64,000 nt of DNA. Source: Escherichia phage vB_Eco_F31. The notes beneath the pieces are model-generated. The model saw only the letters and a list, made by a program, of their open reading frames with translations. It did not search any database and was not told where the DNA came from. Position 1 is the stretch's first letter, and each line of letters opens with the position of its first letter. The stretch lies in the sequence record OP870147.1. One strand, given 5' to 3'. Of this stretch, positions 8,978-18,511 are shown in pieces. The position numbers and the translations under genes were made by a program.

Positions 8978-9655
8978 TTATCGCTGTTTTACACTTAACG
9001 GGTCAGGATTCTCAGGGACATCTTCAAGGCCAAGCGCATAACGCTGAGCATATTTTAACATCAAAATATCTTTAGCACAATCATGAATACTATCATGGGC
9101 AACGAATCCTTTTAGCGTACCCATCGGTAATGGACACATACTTAATCCTCGTGTCAACGAGTAAGCTTCGATTGCCGTACGAATATCGCGTTGAGCCCAG
9201 AATTTAACCGGTTCTAATTTATCAGTATCAATATCTGGTTCAAGAACACCTTCATCACGATAGAGGTCACGAATCAAATCGACCAAGATCGGGAAGTCAA
9301 AACTCATACCACGGCACCACATCTGTGATTTCCATTGGTCAACTTTATTAGCTCGACAATAATCTAAAAAGATTTTAATGCCTTCAAGCGTAGTGACATC
9401 GTCTTCAGACGGAGCCAAGTTTTTACGCGCTTCAGCCGATTGTTCTTTCCACCATTTCATAGTGGATTTAGCGAAAACTCGCTTCCCTTTCTGAGAAGCT
9501 AAATTAAATTTAATTCGCTTACCTCGTTGAACAAGTTCTTCAAATGATTCAACAACTTCAGGGTCGGAATTATATGCAATAACCGCAAGGTCAATAACAG
9601 CCGCTTTTGATGTATTGCCGAATGTTTCAAAATCTATAATAACATCAGTGCTCAT
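8978..9655 (-). CDS. dexA: exonuclease A (DEDD-type 3'-5' exonuclease)
   Basis: 225 aa; N-terminal IIDFETFG exonuclease motif; syntenic with T4 dexA next to dda. Confidence 0.75.
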   Translation of the reverse strand: MSTDVIIDFETFGNTSKAAVIDLAVIAYNSDPEVVESFEELVQRGKRIKFNLASQKGKRVFAKSTMKWWKEQSAEARKNLAPSEDDVTTLEGIKIFLDYCRANKVDQWKSQMWCRGMSFDFPILVDLIRDLYRDEGVLEPDIDTDKLEPVKFWAQRDIRTAIEAYSLTRGLSMCPLPMGTLKGFVAHDSIHDCAKDILMLKYAQRYALGLEDVPENPDPLSVKQR

Positions 9656-9664
9656 AATTTTCTC

Positions 9665-10978
9665 TCAAATAAAATGGACGTCAAAACGACCGCGAGTCGT
9701 GCCGACATACAATAACTGTTTAGCTAATTCTGAATCGGCATAATGGATACACGGTGTATAAACAAAGGCCGTGTCAACAGACATACCCTGGGCCTTATGG
9801 AAGGTTGATACAGGTAGTGCCTTCACCTTAGTGAACATACGTTTAGCATCCCAGAACTCGCTCCATGGAGCTTTACCACCTTTATTCCAGAATTTGTATG
9901 TTTCTGCGGTCTTAGCCAAAAACAAATTGAATTTATAAAGCTCTTCTTCAGAAGAAATAACCTTTATATCTTCGCGGATGTATTCTTCATCATCCCCATA
10001 TGTTTCTACTGTAAGATTCCAGTATCGTATCATATATTCGCCTGAAACACCGCGTGCTTTAACGAATGTAGACGTTTCTACAGCATCTCGAATACGAACG
10101 AATTGCCCGTTATTGAAAAGCATTTCGGTCATATTTTTACCATCTAACTTATATGTCTTAGTAAATGGCTCTTGTAGAACAATGACTTCGTCTTTAATAA
10201 ATGGTTTTTCTGTTTCAAGAAGTTTTCGGCGAATAATTGAATTTAACTTGTCCACCGACTTATTTGTGAATGCCATCATTCGATTTTCGAAAAGGTCTTC
10301 AGGAGTTTTAACGACGTTAAAATAGTTCATCATATACGATTTAAGGTCTGTATATCCATGAACACCGTGTCCATCAACTACTTTATCGTAAATCCATTTG
10401 CCATTACGAATATCAGTCGCAACATCAATAATTGGTGCATTGCTACGTTTAACTTCTGTAAGGTTGCATTGCACGAAGTCTTTGTGAGTGAAGAAAGGAC
10501 TTAGATACGCAGTTGATTCGCCTGGGTCTACCGGACGAATCTGGCATCGGTCGCCGATTCCAATTACTGTACACCATTTAGGGATACTAGCTAACATTAT
10601 TTTAAACAGAGAACGGTCGCACATTGACGCTTCATCAAATAACAGTACACGACACAAGGCTAAGTCGGGAACCTTTTTCTGTTCAAACAATACGTTTTCT
10701 TCGTATGTAGTTGGGTTGATTTTAAGAATGCTATGAATAGTCGATGCTTCTTGACCCGCAAGTTTGCTTAGAACTTTTTTAGCAGCATGTGTAGGAGCTG
10801 CTAAAATAATACCTGATTCTCCAGAAGAAATAAGGGCTTCAACGATGAATCTAGTAAGGGTTGTTTTACCTGTACCAGCAGGTCCATTAATAGTTACATG
10901 ATGTTTCTTTTCTTTAATAGCTTCCATAACAACGTTGAAGGCATTTTTCTGGCCTTCAGTCAAATCATCAAATGTCAT
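9665..10978 (-). CDS. dda: Dda DNA helicase (SF1B)
   Basis: 437 aa; Walker A GPAGTGKTT; near-colinear with the T4 Dda sequence as I recall it. Confidence 0.9.
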   Translation of the reverse strand: MTFDDLTEGQKNAFNVVMEAIKEKKHHVTINGPAGTGKTTLTRFIVEALISSGESGIILAAPTHAAKKVLSKLAGQEASTIHSILKINPTTYEENVLFEQKKVPDLALCRVLLFDEASMCDRSLFKIMLASIPKWCTVIGIGDRCQIRPVDPGESTAYLSPFFTHKDFVQCNLTEVKRSNAPIIDVATDIRNGKWIYDKVVDGHGVHGYTDLKSYMMNYFNVVKTPEDLFENRMMAFTNKSVDKLNSIIRRKLLETEKPFIKDEVIVLQEPFTKTYKLDGKNMTEMLFNNGQFVRIRDAVETSTFVKARGVSGEYMIRYWNLTVETYGDDEEYIREDIKVISSEEELYKFNLFLAKTAETYKFWNKGGKAPWSEFWDAKRMFTKVKALPVSTFHKAQGMSVDTAFVYTPCIHYADSELAKQLLYVGTTRGRFDVHFI

Positions 10979-11286
10979 CGTAAAGTCCCTGCAATTGGAA
11001 TACTAACAATACGGCCTGTGTCCAGGATTCGTTGATACAATCTTTGCGTCTCCGCATCTAGTTTAACGTGTTTCATTTCAAGCTTATTAAACCAGAACTT
11101 ACGCGGAGTTTCGACCATTCTTAGAACTCCCATTTTTAAATCTGTTTTATACTGTGTTTTCAAAGTATCGAAAACTTTATCTGCAATATCCTTTCTAAAA
11201 AATACTGCAGGACGATGCTCATCAAGTGGAACCGGGACAGTAAATCCTTCCATATCTCGATAAACTATTGCATATACATAAACCAT
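10975..11286 (-). CDS. hypothetical protein (dda.1 position)
   Basis: 103-aa ORF overlapping the dda start by 4 nt. Confidence 0.5.
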   Translation of the reverse strand: MVYVYAIVYRDMEGFTVPVPLDEHRPAVFFRKDIADKVFDTLKTQYKTDLKMGVLRMVETPRKFWFNKLEMKHVKLDAETQRLYQRILDTGRIVSIPIAGTLR

Positions 11287-11288
11287 AA

Positions 11289-12035
11289 TTAACCTTTAAT
11301 CAGTTGGAATAATGATGCGCTAAGTGGTAAGCCACGTTTCAATTTTAATTTACCAATGAAACCAATCTTTTCAAAACGTTGCAGACCTTGGATAACTTTA
11401 TCATATGTGTCGAAAAGCGATTCAGCATCAGTTAATTTAGTTTTAGTTTTCCAGTCAGAGCCTTTAAGAAGAACATTGAGTTTAGTAAGTTCATGGCCTT
11501 CTGCTTGATGTGAGCCATTAATGCGTGCTTTCAAAGCAACAATTCTAAGTTTAGATTCGTTAGATAAAGGTTGATTTTTCATCATGTTCGCCATATGCTT
11601 AACACGATTTTCACGTTTTGCTCGGATTTTTAAAATAGTACAATAAACCTTTTTAATTTGGGCCCATTTCTTCTCGTCGAGATTAAGTTTCTCTACTTTA
11701 CGGGCAGAAGGATTAGCGATACGTCTTGCAATGGCATCACGTTTCTCAATAAGTTCTTCTAATGTCAAATCAGAACGAGCCGTGTTATATTTTTTCTTAA
11801 CTGGGATAACATTACCTTTAATGTAGCCGATATCATTATTAAAACGTTCTAAGGATAATTTCTCACCTTCAACAGAGTTATTGAAAGATTCGCCTGAGTA
11901 AGCGCAGACCTTTTGATCAAGAATGTTTTTAAGGTAATTAAAGTCTAAGTTAAAATCCTTAGAGCGTCTCTTCGCAGAAGCTCTGGTGTGGTCAAGACGA
12001 CGATTGATTTTGTTAATTTTATTATTTGATAACAT
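11289..12035 (-). CDS. srd: Srd-like protein (sigma-70-related, syntenic)
   Basis: 248 aa, basic; between dda.1 and modA as in T4 (T4 Srd 251 aa). Confidence 0.5.
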   Translation of the reverse strand: MLSNNKINKINRRLDHTRASAKRRSKDFNLDFNYLKNILDQKVCAYSGESFNNSVEGEKLSLERFNNDIGYIKGNVIPVKKKYNTARSDLTLEELIEKRDAIARRIANPSARKVEKLNLDEKKWAQIKKVYCTILKIRAKRENRVKHMANMMKNQPLSNESKLRIVALKARINGSHQAEGHELTKLNVLLKGSDWKTKTKLTDAESLFDTYDKVIQGLQRFEKIGFIGKLKLKRGLPLSASLFQLIKG

Positions 12036-12084
12036 AATATTTTCCTCTGTCTTACGGACGTTAAGGTCATTTAGCTGATAAGTC

Positions 12085-12114
12085 TATAATATCATGCCCT
12101 CAGGTAGTGTACAC
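12085..12114 (-). promoter_or_regulatory. early promoter upstream of srd
   Basis: Minus strand GTGTAC-N17-ATTATA-GAC. Confidence 0.4.
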
Positions 12115-12188
12115 TCTTTTTTCGTAAAATGCTTTAATTTTTTATGTGTTATAATGGTTCTGAGTTCCATCCGGTTATTCCAATTCAG

Positions 12189-12797
12189 TCAGTAACTGAC
12201 AATAGACAGATTCCAGATTGTATAACGTCTATCTTGAATAATAGAATCTACACGCAGTGTAGTCCCTATAGGGAGCATAAATTCACATTCGTCGGATATA
12301 AGTCTAGCATTAGACCGTCTTGTCGCTTCAGGGAAAGCTCCATTGAACTCACAAGATGGCGCAGCCAGAATCATGTTAAGCATATGTTCACGGAAGTTGA
12401 AAGCAAATGGTGCATCTTTGATGCAGAACATATTAAATGTTCCGTAAAAATTATACGAAGCAAAGTTACGTGCTACACCGAACACTGGGCTGAAGCTCAT
12501 TACTCTGTCAAATTTAATAATACTACCAATGCCTTTATCATCAAGTGCGGCCATAGTTTTCTTAGAGATTCCACGATACATTGTCTCAGGAACAGAAGAC
12601 GTCCAATTTCTACGAACGATTGAACTTAACTCCTGTTGAATACAGTCTGGCTTGTTTTCCATACACTGCCAAAGGATGCTTTGTTCATTATCGTTGAATT
12701 GACTATCAATTTCGTACTGCAATACATCTTGATATTCGGGGTTTTGAGCACGACGAACCATTTCTTCAATTTCACACTCGTTATACGGCATAAACAT
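12189..12797 (-). CDS. modA: ADP-ribosyltransferase ModA-like
   Basis: 202 aa; paralogous to the next ORF (shared NILWxC, TSxVP..YRG motifs); order srd-modA-modB as in T4. Confidence 0.6.
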   Translation of the reverse strand: MFMPYNECEIEEMVRRAQNPEYQDVLQYEIDSQFNDNEQSILWQCMENKPDCIQQELSSIVRRNWTSSVPETMYRGISKKTMAALDDKGIGSIIKFDRVMSFSPVFGVARNFASYNFYGTFNMFCIKDAPFAFNFREHMLNMILAAPSCEFNGAFPEATRRSNARLISDECEFMLPIGTTLRVDSIIQDRRYTIWNLSIVSY

Positions 12798-12823
12798 TTA
12801 GGTTTCTCCTGTGGTTGATAAAG

Positions 12824-12853
12824 GTATAGTATCATCGGAAGAGTTTGTACACT
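12824..12853 (-). promoter_or_regulatory. early promoter upstream of modA
   Basis: Minus strand TGTACA-N17-ACTATA. Confidence 0.4.
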
Positions 12854-13433
12854 AAAAATTCAACATTTTCAAATGAATGATTTTGTATAACCGAGATAAA
12901 GGGTCATATTCTAAGTCTTCAATTTCCACAATCTCAAATCTAGAGATACCTGAGACCATGTACTCTTGTTCAGATTCAATCATATCTAGGACGTCAACAC
13001 GCTTTTCTTCCATAACATGCTTAGGGTTCTTTCCGGCGAGTACAATGTTAATCATGTTTTGGTAGTAATCAAAAATGAATGGAGCATTCCTGAGACTAAG
13101 AATAGTGTACGTCTGATATTCCCATCTCCCAGAGAATTGACGAGCTGTACTGAAATCAGTTGTGAATGATGTTACTCGTCCAGGAGACCAATGGCATCCA
13201 ACAGAAAGAAGTGAAAGACGTTCTACTTCTTCTGGAGTTACACCACGGTAGAGTTCTACTGGTACTGTAGAAGTCATATGCTTACGAACAAGATGGTCTA
13301 ATTCATAGTGGAAATCCGGGTCTTCCTTAGAATCGGTGCAAGCCCAGAGAATGTTTTGTTCTTGGCGGGTGAATTTGCTATCAATCAGATTTGTTAGGTA
13401 TTCACGTTCTTGAAGTTCAGATTGACATGTCAT
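12852..13433 (-). CDS. modB: ADP-ribosyltransferase ModB-like
   Basis: 193 aa; paralogue of the preceding ORF; GGAGG RBS and early promoter upstream. Confidence 0.6.
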   Translation of the reverse strand: MTCQSELQEREYLTNLIDSKFTRQEQNILWACTDSKEDPDFHYELDHLVRKHMTSTVPVELYRGVTPEEVERLSLLSVGCHWSPGRVTSFTTDFSTARQFSGRWEYQTYTILSLRNAPFIFDYYQNMINIVLAGKNPKHVMEEKRVDVLDMIESEQEYMVSGISRFEIVEIEDLEYDPLSRLYKIIHLKMLNF

Positions 13434-13460
13434 GATAGACCTCCATTTAAAGATAAGCCT

Positions 13461-13490
13461 ATCATAACACGAGAGGAGGGAATGTAAACT
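13461..13490 (-). promoter_or_regulatory. early promoter upstream of modB
   Basis: Minus strand GTTTAC-N17-TATGAT, then GGAGG RBS. Confidence 0.5.
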
Positions 13491-13653
13491 ACTTTTTAAG
13501 CTTTCCTACTAAAGGACCATCAGGACCAGGTTGTTCTAACATGAATAAGGATGCTTTAAAAAGCAATGTCAACCCTTTCACCATTCGATACCATGTCTCA
13601 AAGTCTTTTTCCTTGATTTCTAGTAAGAATTTCTCTTTCAATTTCTCTTTCAT
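13489..13653 (-). CDS. small hypothetical protein
   Basis: 54-aa ORF by manual translation; its ATG overlaps the upstream stop (ATGA coupling). Confidence 0.3.
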   Translation of the reverse strand: MKEKLKEKFLLEIKEKDFETWYRMVKGLTLLFKASLFMLEQPGPDGPLVGKLKK

Positions 13654-13838
13654 TTCCAAGGACTCCACGGTGGAGGGTCGTCATAATAAGACGCTAGGTC
13701 TTTCAGGACTTCTAACGGTAAACTAAACCCATGACGTTGTATAATATTACCAATTTCATTGACAAGTTCACCACGTTGTTCTTTAGGAGCCTCAACTTCA
13801 GGCTCGTCAAACATACTCATAAGGTCCATATTATTCAC
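13650..13838 (-). CDS. hypothetical protein
   Basis: 62-aa acidic ORF. Confidence 0.4.
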   Translation of the reverse strand: MNNMDLMSMFDEPEVEAPKEQRGELVNEIGNIIQRHGFSLPLEVLKDLASYYDDPPPWSPWK

Positions 13839-14295
13839 CGAGATAAAAACTAGCCGGTTCAGAGAATGTTTCTAGTGCTACACCTTTTGTCTTAAAAAAT
13901 TTCCAAATAGCTCGTTGCAAATGGATTAAATCTGCTAATGATGTAATAAAGTATTTTTTGGCAAAATACTTATGGTCTCGCTTTTCAAACAAGTCTAAAC
14001 GCTTTTCAGGATTCACATAAACTGCATTTTCCGTAGATTCATAACCTAAGTCCTTTATGCCTTCTTCAAGACTAAACGGAGAATTTTTAGAACGAGTAAT
14101 AGCTCCAACTCGCTCTACACGAATTTTGTAACCTTTAGGAATCTGCAATTTGCAGAATTCTTCTACGATATATTGCGGATTATTTAGACTTTTGTTAATG
14201 AGAATAGCTATTTCTAGTGGAGTCTTATCTTCTACTGGTATATGTTTAAACGACTTGGCTTCAAGCAAGTACATTTTAAATAACATAGCATCCAT
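13831..14295 (-). CDS. hypothetical protein (mrh position)
   Basis: 154-aa ORF between modB and soc as T4 mrh; assignment by position only. Confidence 0.4.
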   Translation of the reverse strand: MDAMLFKMYLLEAKSFKHIPVEDKTPLEIAILINKSLNNPQYIVEEFCKLQIPKGYKIRVERVGAITRSKNSPFSLEEGIKDLGYESTENAVYVNPEKRLDLFEKRDHKYFAKKYFITSLADLIHLQRAIWKFFKTKGVALETFSEPASFYLGE

Positions 14296-14474
14296 TATAA
14301 TTTCCTCGATGGTTCACCCATATAAAGTTTTACAATACGTTCGCCTTCATCTTCGACGAGCTTTTCTTCATGTTTCTGGAATTCTTTAGCCATATTCTCT
14401 TCAAGAACATCCAGCCAATCTTCTGGACCGACACCATCGTCACAGCTTTTAAACCATTTAACTATCTTGTTCAT
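14295..14474 (-). CDS. small hypothetical protein
   Basis: 59 aa counted from MNKIVKWF; ATGA overlap with the upstream ORF. Confidence 0.4.
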   Translation of the reverse strand: MNKIVKWFKSCDDGVGPEDWLDVLEENMAKEFQKHEEKLVEDEGERIVKLYMGEPSRKL

Positions 14475-14671
14475 TCGCAGCTCCCTGAGCTTGAACCACA
14501 ATCAGAATAACTTGACCCAGAATCACCAGGCCAAGACGATACGTATGAATGATTATAACTTGAAGAGCTTGAAGCATTAACCTGTTTTGTTTTTGGACGA
14601 ACAACTTCTTCCATCATTCCGTCACCGATATATTCCCAACTTTTTTCGTGTGTATCAGGAATAGGCATCAT
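14471..14671 (-). CDS. small Ser-rich hypothetical protein
   Basis: about 66 aa from MMPIPD...; C-terminal SSSSSYNHSYVSSWPGDSGSSYSDCGSSSGSCE; start chosen to avoid overlap with the upstream ORF. Confidence 0.3.
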   Translation of the reverse strand: MMPIPDTHEKSWEYIGDGMMEEVVRPKTKQVNASSSSSYNHSYVSSWPGDSGSSYSDCGSSSGSCE

Positions 14672-14684
14672 ACCTTCGCCTGGT

Positions 14685-14912
14685 TTAACAGCAAACAACT
14701 TCTTCAGCATCGTAAGCATTAATTGTTCCTCGAACAAAACGAACACCGCCGTCATCCCAACGGATTTCGGCATTAAATTTGACGTCTTCACCATCCATCA
14801 TGAATGAGTGTACGACTACATCATCGTAATATCCAAGACCGTACTTTAATGAAACTTCTTGAGCAATCAAAGCACCTAATGTGTTATTAGGTTTAATCCA
14901 ACGATTTAACAT
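14685..14912 (-). CDS. small hypothetical protein
   Basis: 75 aa from the ATG (MLNRWIKP) preceded by AGGAG; early-type promoter upstream. Confidence 0.4.
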   Translation of the reverse strand: MLNRWIKPNNTLGALIAQEVSLKYGLGYYDDVVVHSFMMDGEDVKFNAEIRWDDGGVRFVRGTINAYDAEEVVCC

Positions 14913-14941
14913 ATTGTTCTCCTCTTGAGTAAGTAAGAATA

Positions 14942-14971
14942 TCTTAACACAGTTTTTAGCGGTTGTAAACT
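14942..14971 (-). promoter_or_regulatory. early promoter (GTTTAC-N17-TAAGAT)
   Basis: Minus strand GTTTAC + 17 + TTAAGAT upstream of ORF 14685-14912. Confidence 0.4.
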
Positions 14972-14978
14972 GTAGAAA

Positions 14979-15006
14979 CAAAAAAAAAGGAATCCCGAAG
15001 GATTCC
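14979..15006 (-). terminator. rho-independent terminator downstream of soc
   Basis: GGAATCC-TTCG-GGATTCC followed by a T9 run on the minus strand. Confidence 0.75.
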
Positions 15007-15015
15007 TTAAATTAT

Positions 15016-15252
15016 TTAACCACTTACTGGTGTAGGGGTAAACATTGCAGCGTTCTTAGTTTTCCAAGTTGCTGCATCAGAAACGACATCAGAATAAGCT
15101 GCCTTTTCTGATGGAAAGATTTGGTAATGAGAATCTGCAATCCGATGTTCGTTTGAATAAATCTCAAACGGCACAGAAACTTCCATACCTTTAACTTCTT
15201 TACCTTCACCAGCAGGATGCGTAAAGGTTTTGATGTTTACATAACCACCCAT
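15016..15252 (-). CDS. soc: small outer capsid protein Soc
   Basis: 78 aa; GYVNIKTF...HYQIFPSEKAAYS matches T4 Soc as recalled; exact late-promoter box TATAAATA upstream; terminator downstream. Confidence 0.8.
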   Translation of the reverse strand: MGGYVNIKTFTHPAGEGKEVKGMEVSVPFEIYSNEHRIADSHYQIFPSEKAAYSDVVSDAATWKTKNAAMFTPTPVSG

Positions 15253-15283
15253 AATTAACTCCTTTGTTGTTTAATTACAGGTG

Positions 15284-15291
15284 TATTTATA
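15284..15291 (-). promoter_or_regulatory. late promoter box TATAAATA upstream of soc
   Basis: Exact TATAAATA on the minus strand about 30 nt upstream of the soc ATG. Confidence 0.65.
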
Positions 15292-15297
15292 ACTTAA

Positions 15298-15819
15298 TCA
15301 GTAACCATTATCCTGGCGTTCAAAGTTGTGTTGGTTTTTCAGGTAGTAAAGTTTAAAGATTTCTTCAGCGGAAAGACCCAGACCTTGGAACATATTCAGA
15401 ACAAAGTGGAGGATATCAATCATCTCAAATTTAATTTCAAGCTGGTCTTCAGGAGACAGTTCATCGATACGACGATTTCGATATTCAGCATGTTGTGCTT
15501 TCCATGGCTTCCATACACTGCTGGCAGCTTTTTCGCCATTGGACATACCACCAAGTGAAGTCAGCAGTTCACGGAATTCATCATCAATATAATCTTTCTG
15601 ATTACGCAGCCAATCAACAACATCGCCAGCAGTGGCCAATTCATCAGGATGTTTGTTATGTTCAGGCTTGTCATTTGCCAGACGAACCTGTAAAGATTTC
15701 TGCATATCAAGCATTACCTGCAATGGGTCTTTATCTTCGTGAATCAGAGCATTAAAATAAGCTTCTTCTGCTTTATCAACACCAGAAATAAGCTGTGAAC
15801 ATTCGTTAAAGTGTGCCAT
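15298..15819 (-). CDS. 56: dCTP pyrophosphatase (MazG-like), gp56
   Basis: 173 aa; size and synteny next to soc and the primase. Confidence 0.65.
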   Translation of the reverse strand: MAHFNECSQLISGVDKAEEAYFNALIHEDKDPLQVMLDMQKSLQVRLANDKPEHNKHPDELATAGDVVDWLRNQKDYIDDEFRELLTSLGGMSNGEKAASSVWKPWKAQHAEYRNRRIDELSPEDQLEIKFEMIDILHFVLNMFQGLGLSAEEIFKLYYLKNQHNFERQDNGY

Positions 15820-15909
15820 TATTTTTTCCTTTCAATTCAGTATAAGAGAGTTAATTCTAACATTAATTTTATAAAGCGTAATAAATAATAAGGTAACTAA
15901 GGAGATATT

Positions 15910-16107
15910 ATGTTTAAACTTCCATCGTTAATCAACGCTATTAAAGGCAATAAAAAGAAAACTGCTATCGCTGCAATAGTTGTAGGTGGCATTATTTCAT
16001 GGAACTTCGGGATTGCACCATTGTTAGTTGCCCATGGTGTTATAGTTCCTTCTGTTCCGTTGGATACTGTGGTTGATTTGGCCTTTGCTATTGTAGGACT
16101 GGTTTAA
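15910..16107 (+). CDS. small hydrophobic membrane protein (plus strand)
   Basis: 65-aa ORF with strong RBS (AAGGAG-N7-ATG); two predicted TM segments; the only convincing plus-strand ORF in the window. Confidence 0.45.
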   Translation: MFKLPSLINAIKGNKKKTAIAAIVVGGIISWNFGIAPLLVAHGVIVPSVPLDTVVDLAFAIVGLV

Positions 16108-17126
16108 ATCTTCGAATAACGAGATAATCTCATTTTAGCATGCAACCCACTTGAAATATTCTGTTTCATATATTCTAAAATTTCTTGTGGTGTTGCATTT
16201 TCTTTCATTACCATATCATTCACATCCTTTGAACTCCATGGAGCTCGGTCCCAGAACATGACACGTTCGCCTGCATCAACTAATCGCTTCATGCGAGCTA
16301 TAGTATCCGGATGCCTAGGTTCATTATCCATTACCCATACCCGACGTTCTTTAAATGGTACCACATCTAAATCTATTGAGCCGCCTGTAATAGCGATTGC
16401 ATTGGGTATGAATAAACTATCAATAGGGCCTTCCATTACCCAGACGTCTCCTTCCTTAACACGTTCAACACCATAAATTTTTGTTGCAGACTCAAACGCT
16501 TTAATAGTGATATATTTCTGAGGAGCATCTTTACGAAGTGCACGTCCTTGGAATGACTCGGCCTTCCCATCTTTATTAAAAATAGGAATAACTAAACGTG
16601 GTTCGGGAATCTCTTTCTTATACGTACCAGGTTGAATCTTGTTGACCAATTTGGGCCATTCTAATGTGAACCATAATCTGTTCCACGATTCTTTAGGAAT
16701 ACACCGAGACTTAACATATTTCACAATAGGATGCTCTTCAGGCAACTTGTCCAGACGAGAACAAGACGGCAAAGAATTTATAGTCTTTTTCTCTGGCTCC
16801 GGCTTAGCTTCAGGAACCTTTTCAATCTTTGGTTCCATTCTAGCTTTTTCTTTACGAACTTCCATTAGATATTCGCGATAAAGCTCTTCATCATACTCTT
16901 TTAAGTATCCTGAAATTGTATTGTGGTATTGACAGTTATAGCAATGTACATTACCAGGAGTACCACCATAATACCATCCGCGAGCTTTCATTGCATCTGT
17001 CTGGGAGTCGCCACAAACTGGACATCGAAATGTTAATTTAAATGTGCTTGAATTATTGATTTGTCTAAAACGAGGTAGGTGAGAAAACGCACGATAAGCA
17101 AATTCATTATCTATCCATTCAGCCAT
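16104..17126 (-). CDS. 61: DNA primase gp61 (zinc ribbon + Toprim)
   Basis: 340 aa; CPVCGDS...CYNC zinc ribbon; T4 gp61 is 342 aa; syntenic. Confidence 0.8.
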   Translation of the reverse strand: MAEWIDNEFAYRAFSHLPRFRQINNSSTFKLTFRCPVCGDSQTDAMKARGWYYGGTPGNVHCYNCQYHNTISGYLKEYDEELYREYLMEVRKEKARMEPKIEKVPEAKPEPEKKTINSLPSCSRLDKLPEEHPIVKYVKSRCIPKESWNRLWFTLEWPKLVNKIQPGTYKKEIPEPRLVIPIFNKDGKAESFQGRALRKDAPQKYITIKAFESATKIYGVERVKEGDVWVMEGPIDSLFIPNAIAITGGSIDLDVVPFKERRVWVMDNEPRHPDTIARMKRLVDAGERVMFWDRAPWSSKDVNDMVMKENATPQEILEYMKQNISSGLHAKMRLSRYSKI

Positions 17127-17165
17127 AGTATTCTCCAGAGGCCTTAAATTAATAAGGCCATCATA

Positions 17166-17633
17166 TCACAACTTATTAATATTTACTTTAATTCGCTTTC
17201 TTTTCTTGGAAGGAATTTGTTCTGGACCTTTATTTACGACTGCACCTGTAGTAGTTCCTGATGCAATAGCTTGAGGACTGCCACCTGAATCACCAGCAAC
17301 CATATCCTCAAATAAAGGGAGTTCTTTAAATATTTCTTTCTGCTGTTCTTCAGTAATGTTATAGCGTGAAGCTACAGCACTCCAAGCAGACATCATTGAG
17401 GCCATTCCATTAAGACCTGGAACAGTGCTCATCATTCGCTTCATTGAACGAACTGAAGCATGAAAAGGTGTATAAGCCGCTTTCTCTTCAGGAGTAGAAG
17501 GACGTTTAAGAACACTTCCACGTTCATCGATGATTTTGGCTTCGTATGCTTTCCATTCGGTAAAAGGTTTTTGCATTAGTCGAATAAACTTATATGCGTA
17601 AACAGAATCTATTGCAGTGTTAATAATACCCAT
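17166..17633 (-). CDS. hypothetical protein (61.1 position)
   Basis: about 155 aa from MGIINTAIDS, which has an AGGAGG RBS. Confidence 0.45.
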   Translation of the reverse strand: MGIINTAIDSVYAYKFIRLMQKPFTEWKAYEAKIIDERGSVLKRPSTPEEKAAYTPFHASVRSMKRMMSTVPGLNGMASMMSAWSAVASRYNITEEQQKEIFKELPLFEDMVAGDSGGSPQAIASGTTTGAVVNKGPEQIPSKKRKRIKVNINKL

Positions 17634-17652
17634 AGGTACCTCCTGAGTATAT

Positions 17653-17850
17653 TTAATCAATTACAAAGATTGCTTTGTCACCATTTATATCTGTGACTTC
17701 ATATGTAGTGCCTTCATACTGTGGAATATTCCAAATTACACCATCATTAGCTTTTACGCTAATATGGCATTGGTGTTTTGAAACAACTTCATAATCTTCA
17801 AAACTTGTAAAAACACTAATTTTAGAACCAGTGCAAATTGCAGTAGTCAT
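17653..17850 (-). CDS. small hypothetical protein
   Basis: 65-aa ORF, tightly packed. Confidence 0.35.
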   Translation of the reverse strand: MTTAICTGSKISVFTSFEDYEVVSKHQCHISVKANDGVIWNIPQYEGTTYEVTDINGDKAIFVID

Positions 17851-17851
17851 T

Positions 17852-18511
17852 TTAACCTCGATTCATAAATGCATTAAATATTTGGTCATCAACAGAAATT
17901 TCTAATTCGACTTCAATTGCTTCAGCCTTTTCTTCAGGTGGTAATTCGTATCCACACACTACAATTTTTTCATCGATATCAAAATATACAGAAGCAATAC
18001 GATTAATGTTATTTTCAGTTAAGTCTAAATCAACATCAACATCTTTTTGACCTACACTTAAAGGATAACTAATACGGGTTATTTTATTATCTTTAACAAA
18101 GAGTCCACCAACATACTCTGTACTACGTTTGAAGTTTACACGTTTCCGAAATGAAAGATATGATGCATCTTTACCATGAGCTCGGCTCATAGGACATAAT
18201 GAATAGCTAGAATAAGAGATGTCAAATCCTACACCTTCAATATGAGCCAACGTGTCATGATTAAACCAATTATAATCATACGCCAAATCCATTATATTGT
18301 AATATGTGAAAGGCACAGGATTAACATCATATGTTGTACCTTTAAAATCTGCCCAGGCAACGATTTCGTTATCTTTAACAATTACAAAAATTACACCAAT
18401 ATGGTATCCGTTATTATTTTCATTCGGCGTTATATTATAACATTGTGCATTAGGAAATTTACCATATTTAAATGGTGCGTTTTTGTGCATATAATAAATC
18501 ATATTATTCAC
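17852..18511 (-). CDS. hypothetical protein (61.2 position)
   Basis: 219-aa ORF. Confidence 0.5.
   Translation of the reverse strand: MNNMIYYMHKNAPFKYGKFPNAQCYNITPNENNNGYHIGVIFVIVKDNEIVAWADFKGTTYDVNPVPFTYYNIMDLAYDYNWFNHDTLAHIEGVGFDISYSSYSLCPMSRAHGKDASYLSFRKRVNFKRSTEYVGGLFVKDNKITRISYPLSVGQKDVDVDLDLTENNINRIASVYFDIDEKIVVCGYELPPEEKAEAIEVELEISVDDQIFNAFMNRG

Noticed and set aside
14471-14794. Long form of ORF 14471-14794 (107 aa) overlapping the upstream ORF by 110 nt, as a possible frameshift site
   Set aside because: An internal ATG-ATG with an upstream purine-rich stretch gives a non-overlapping 66-aa ORF, so ordinary initiation explains it.
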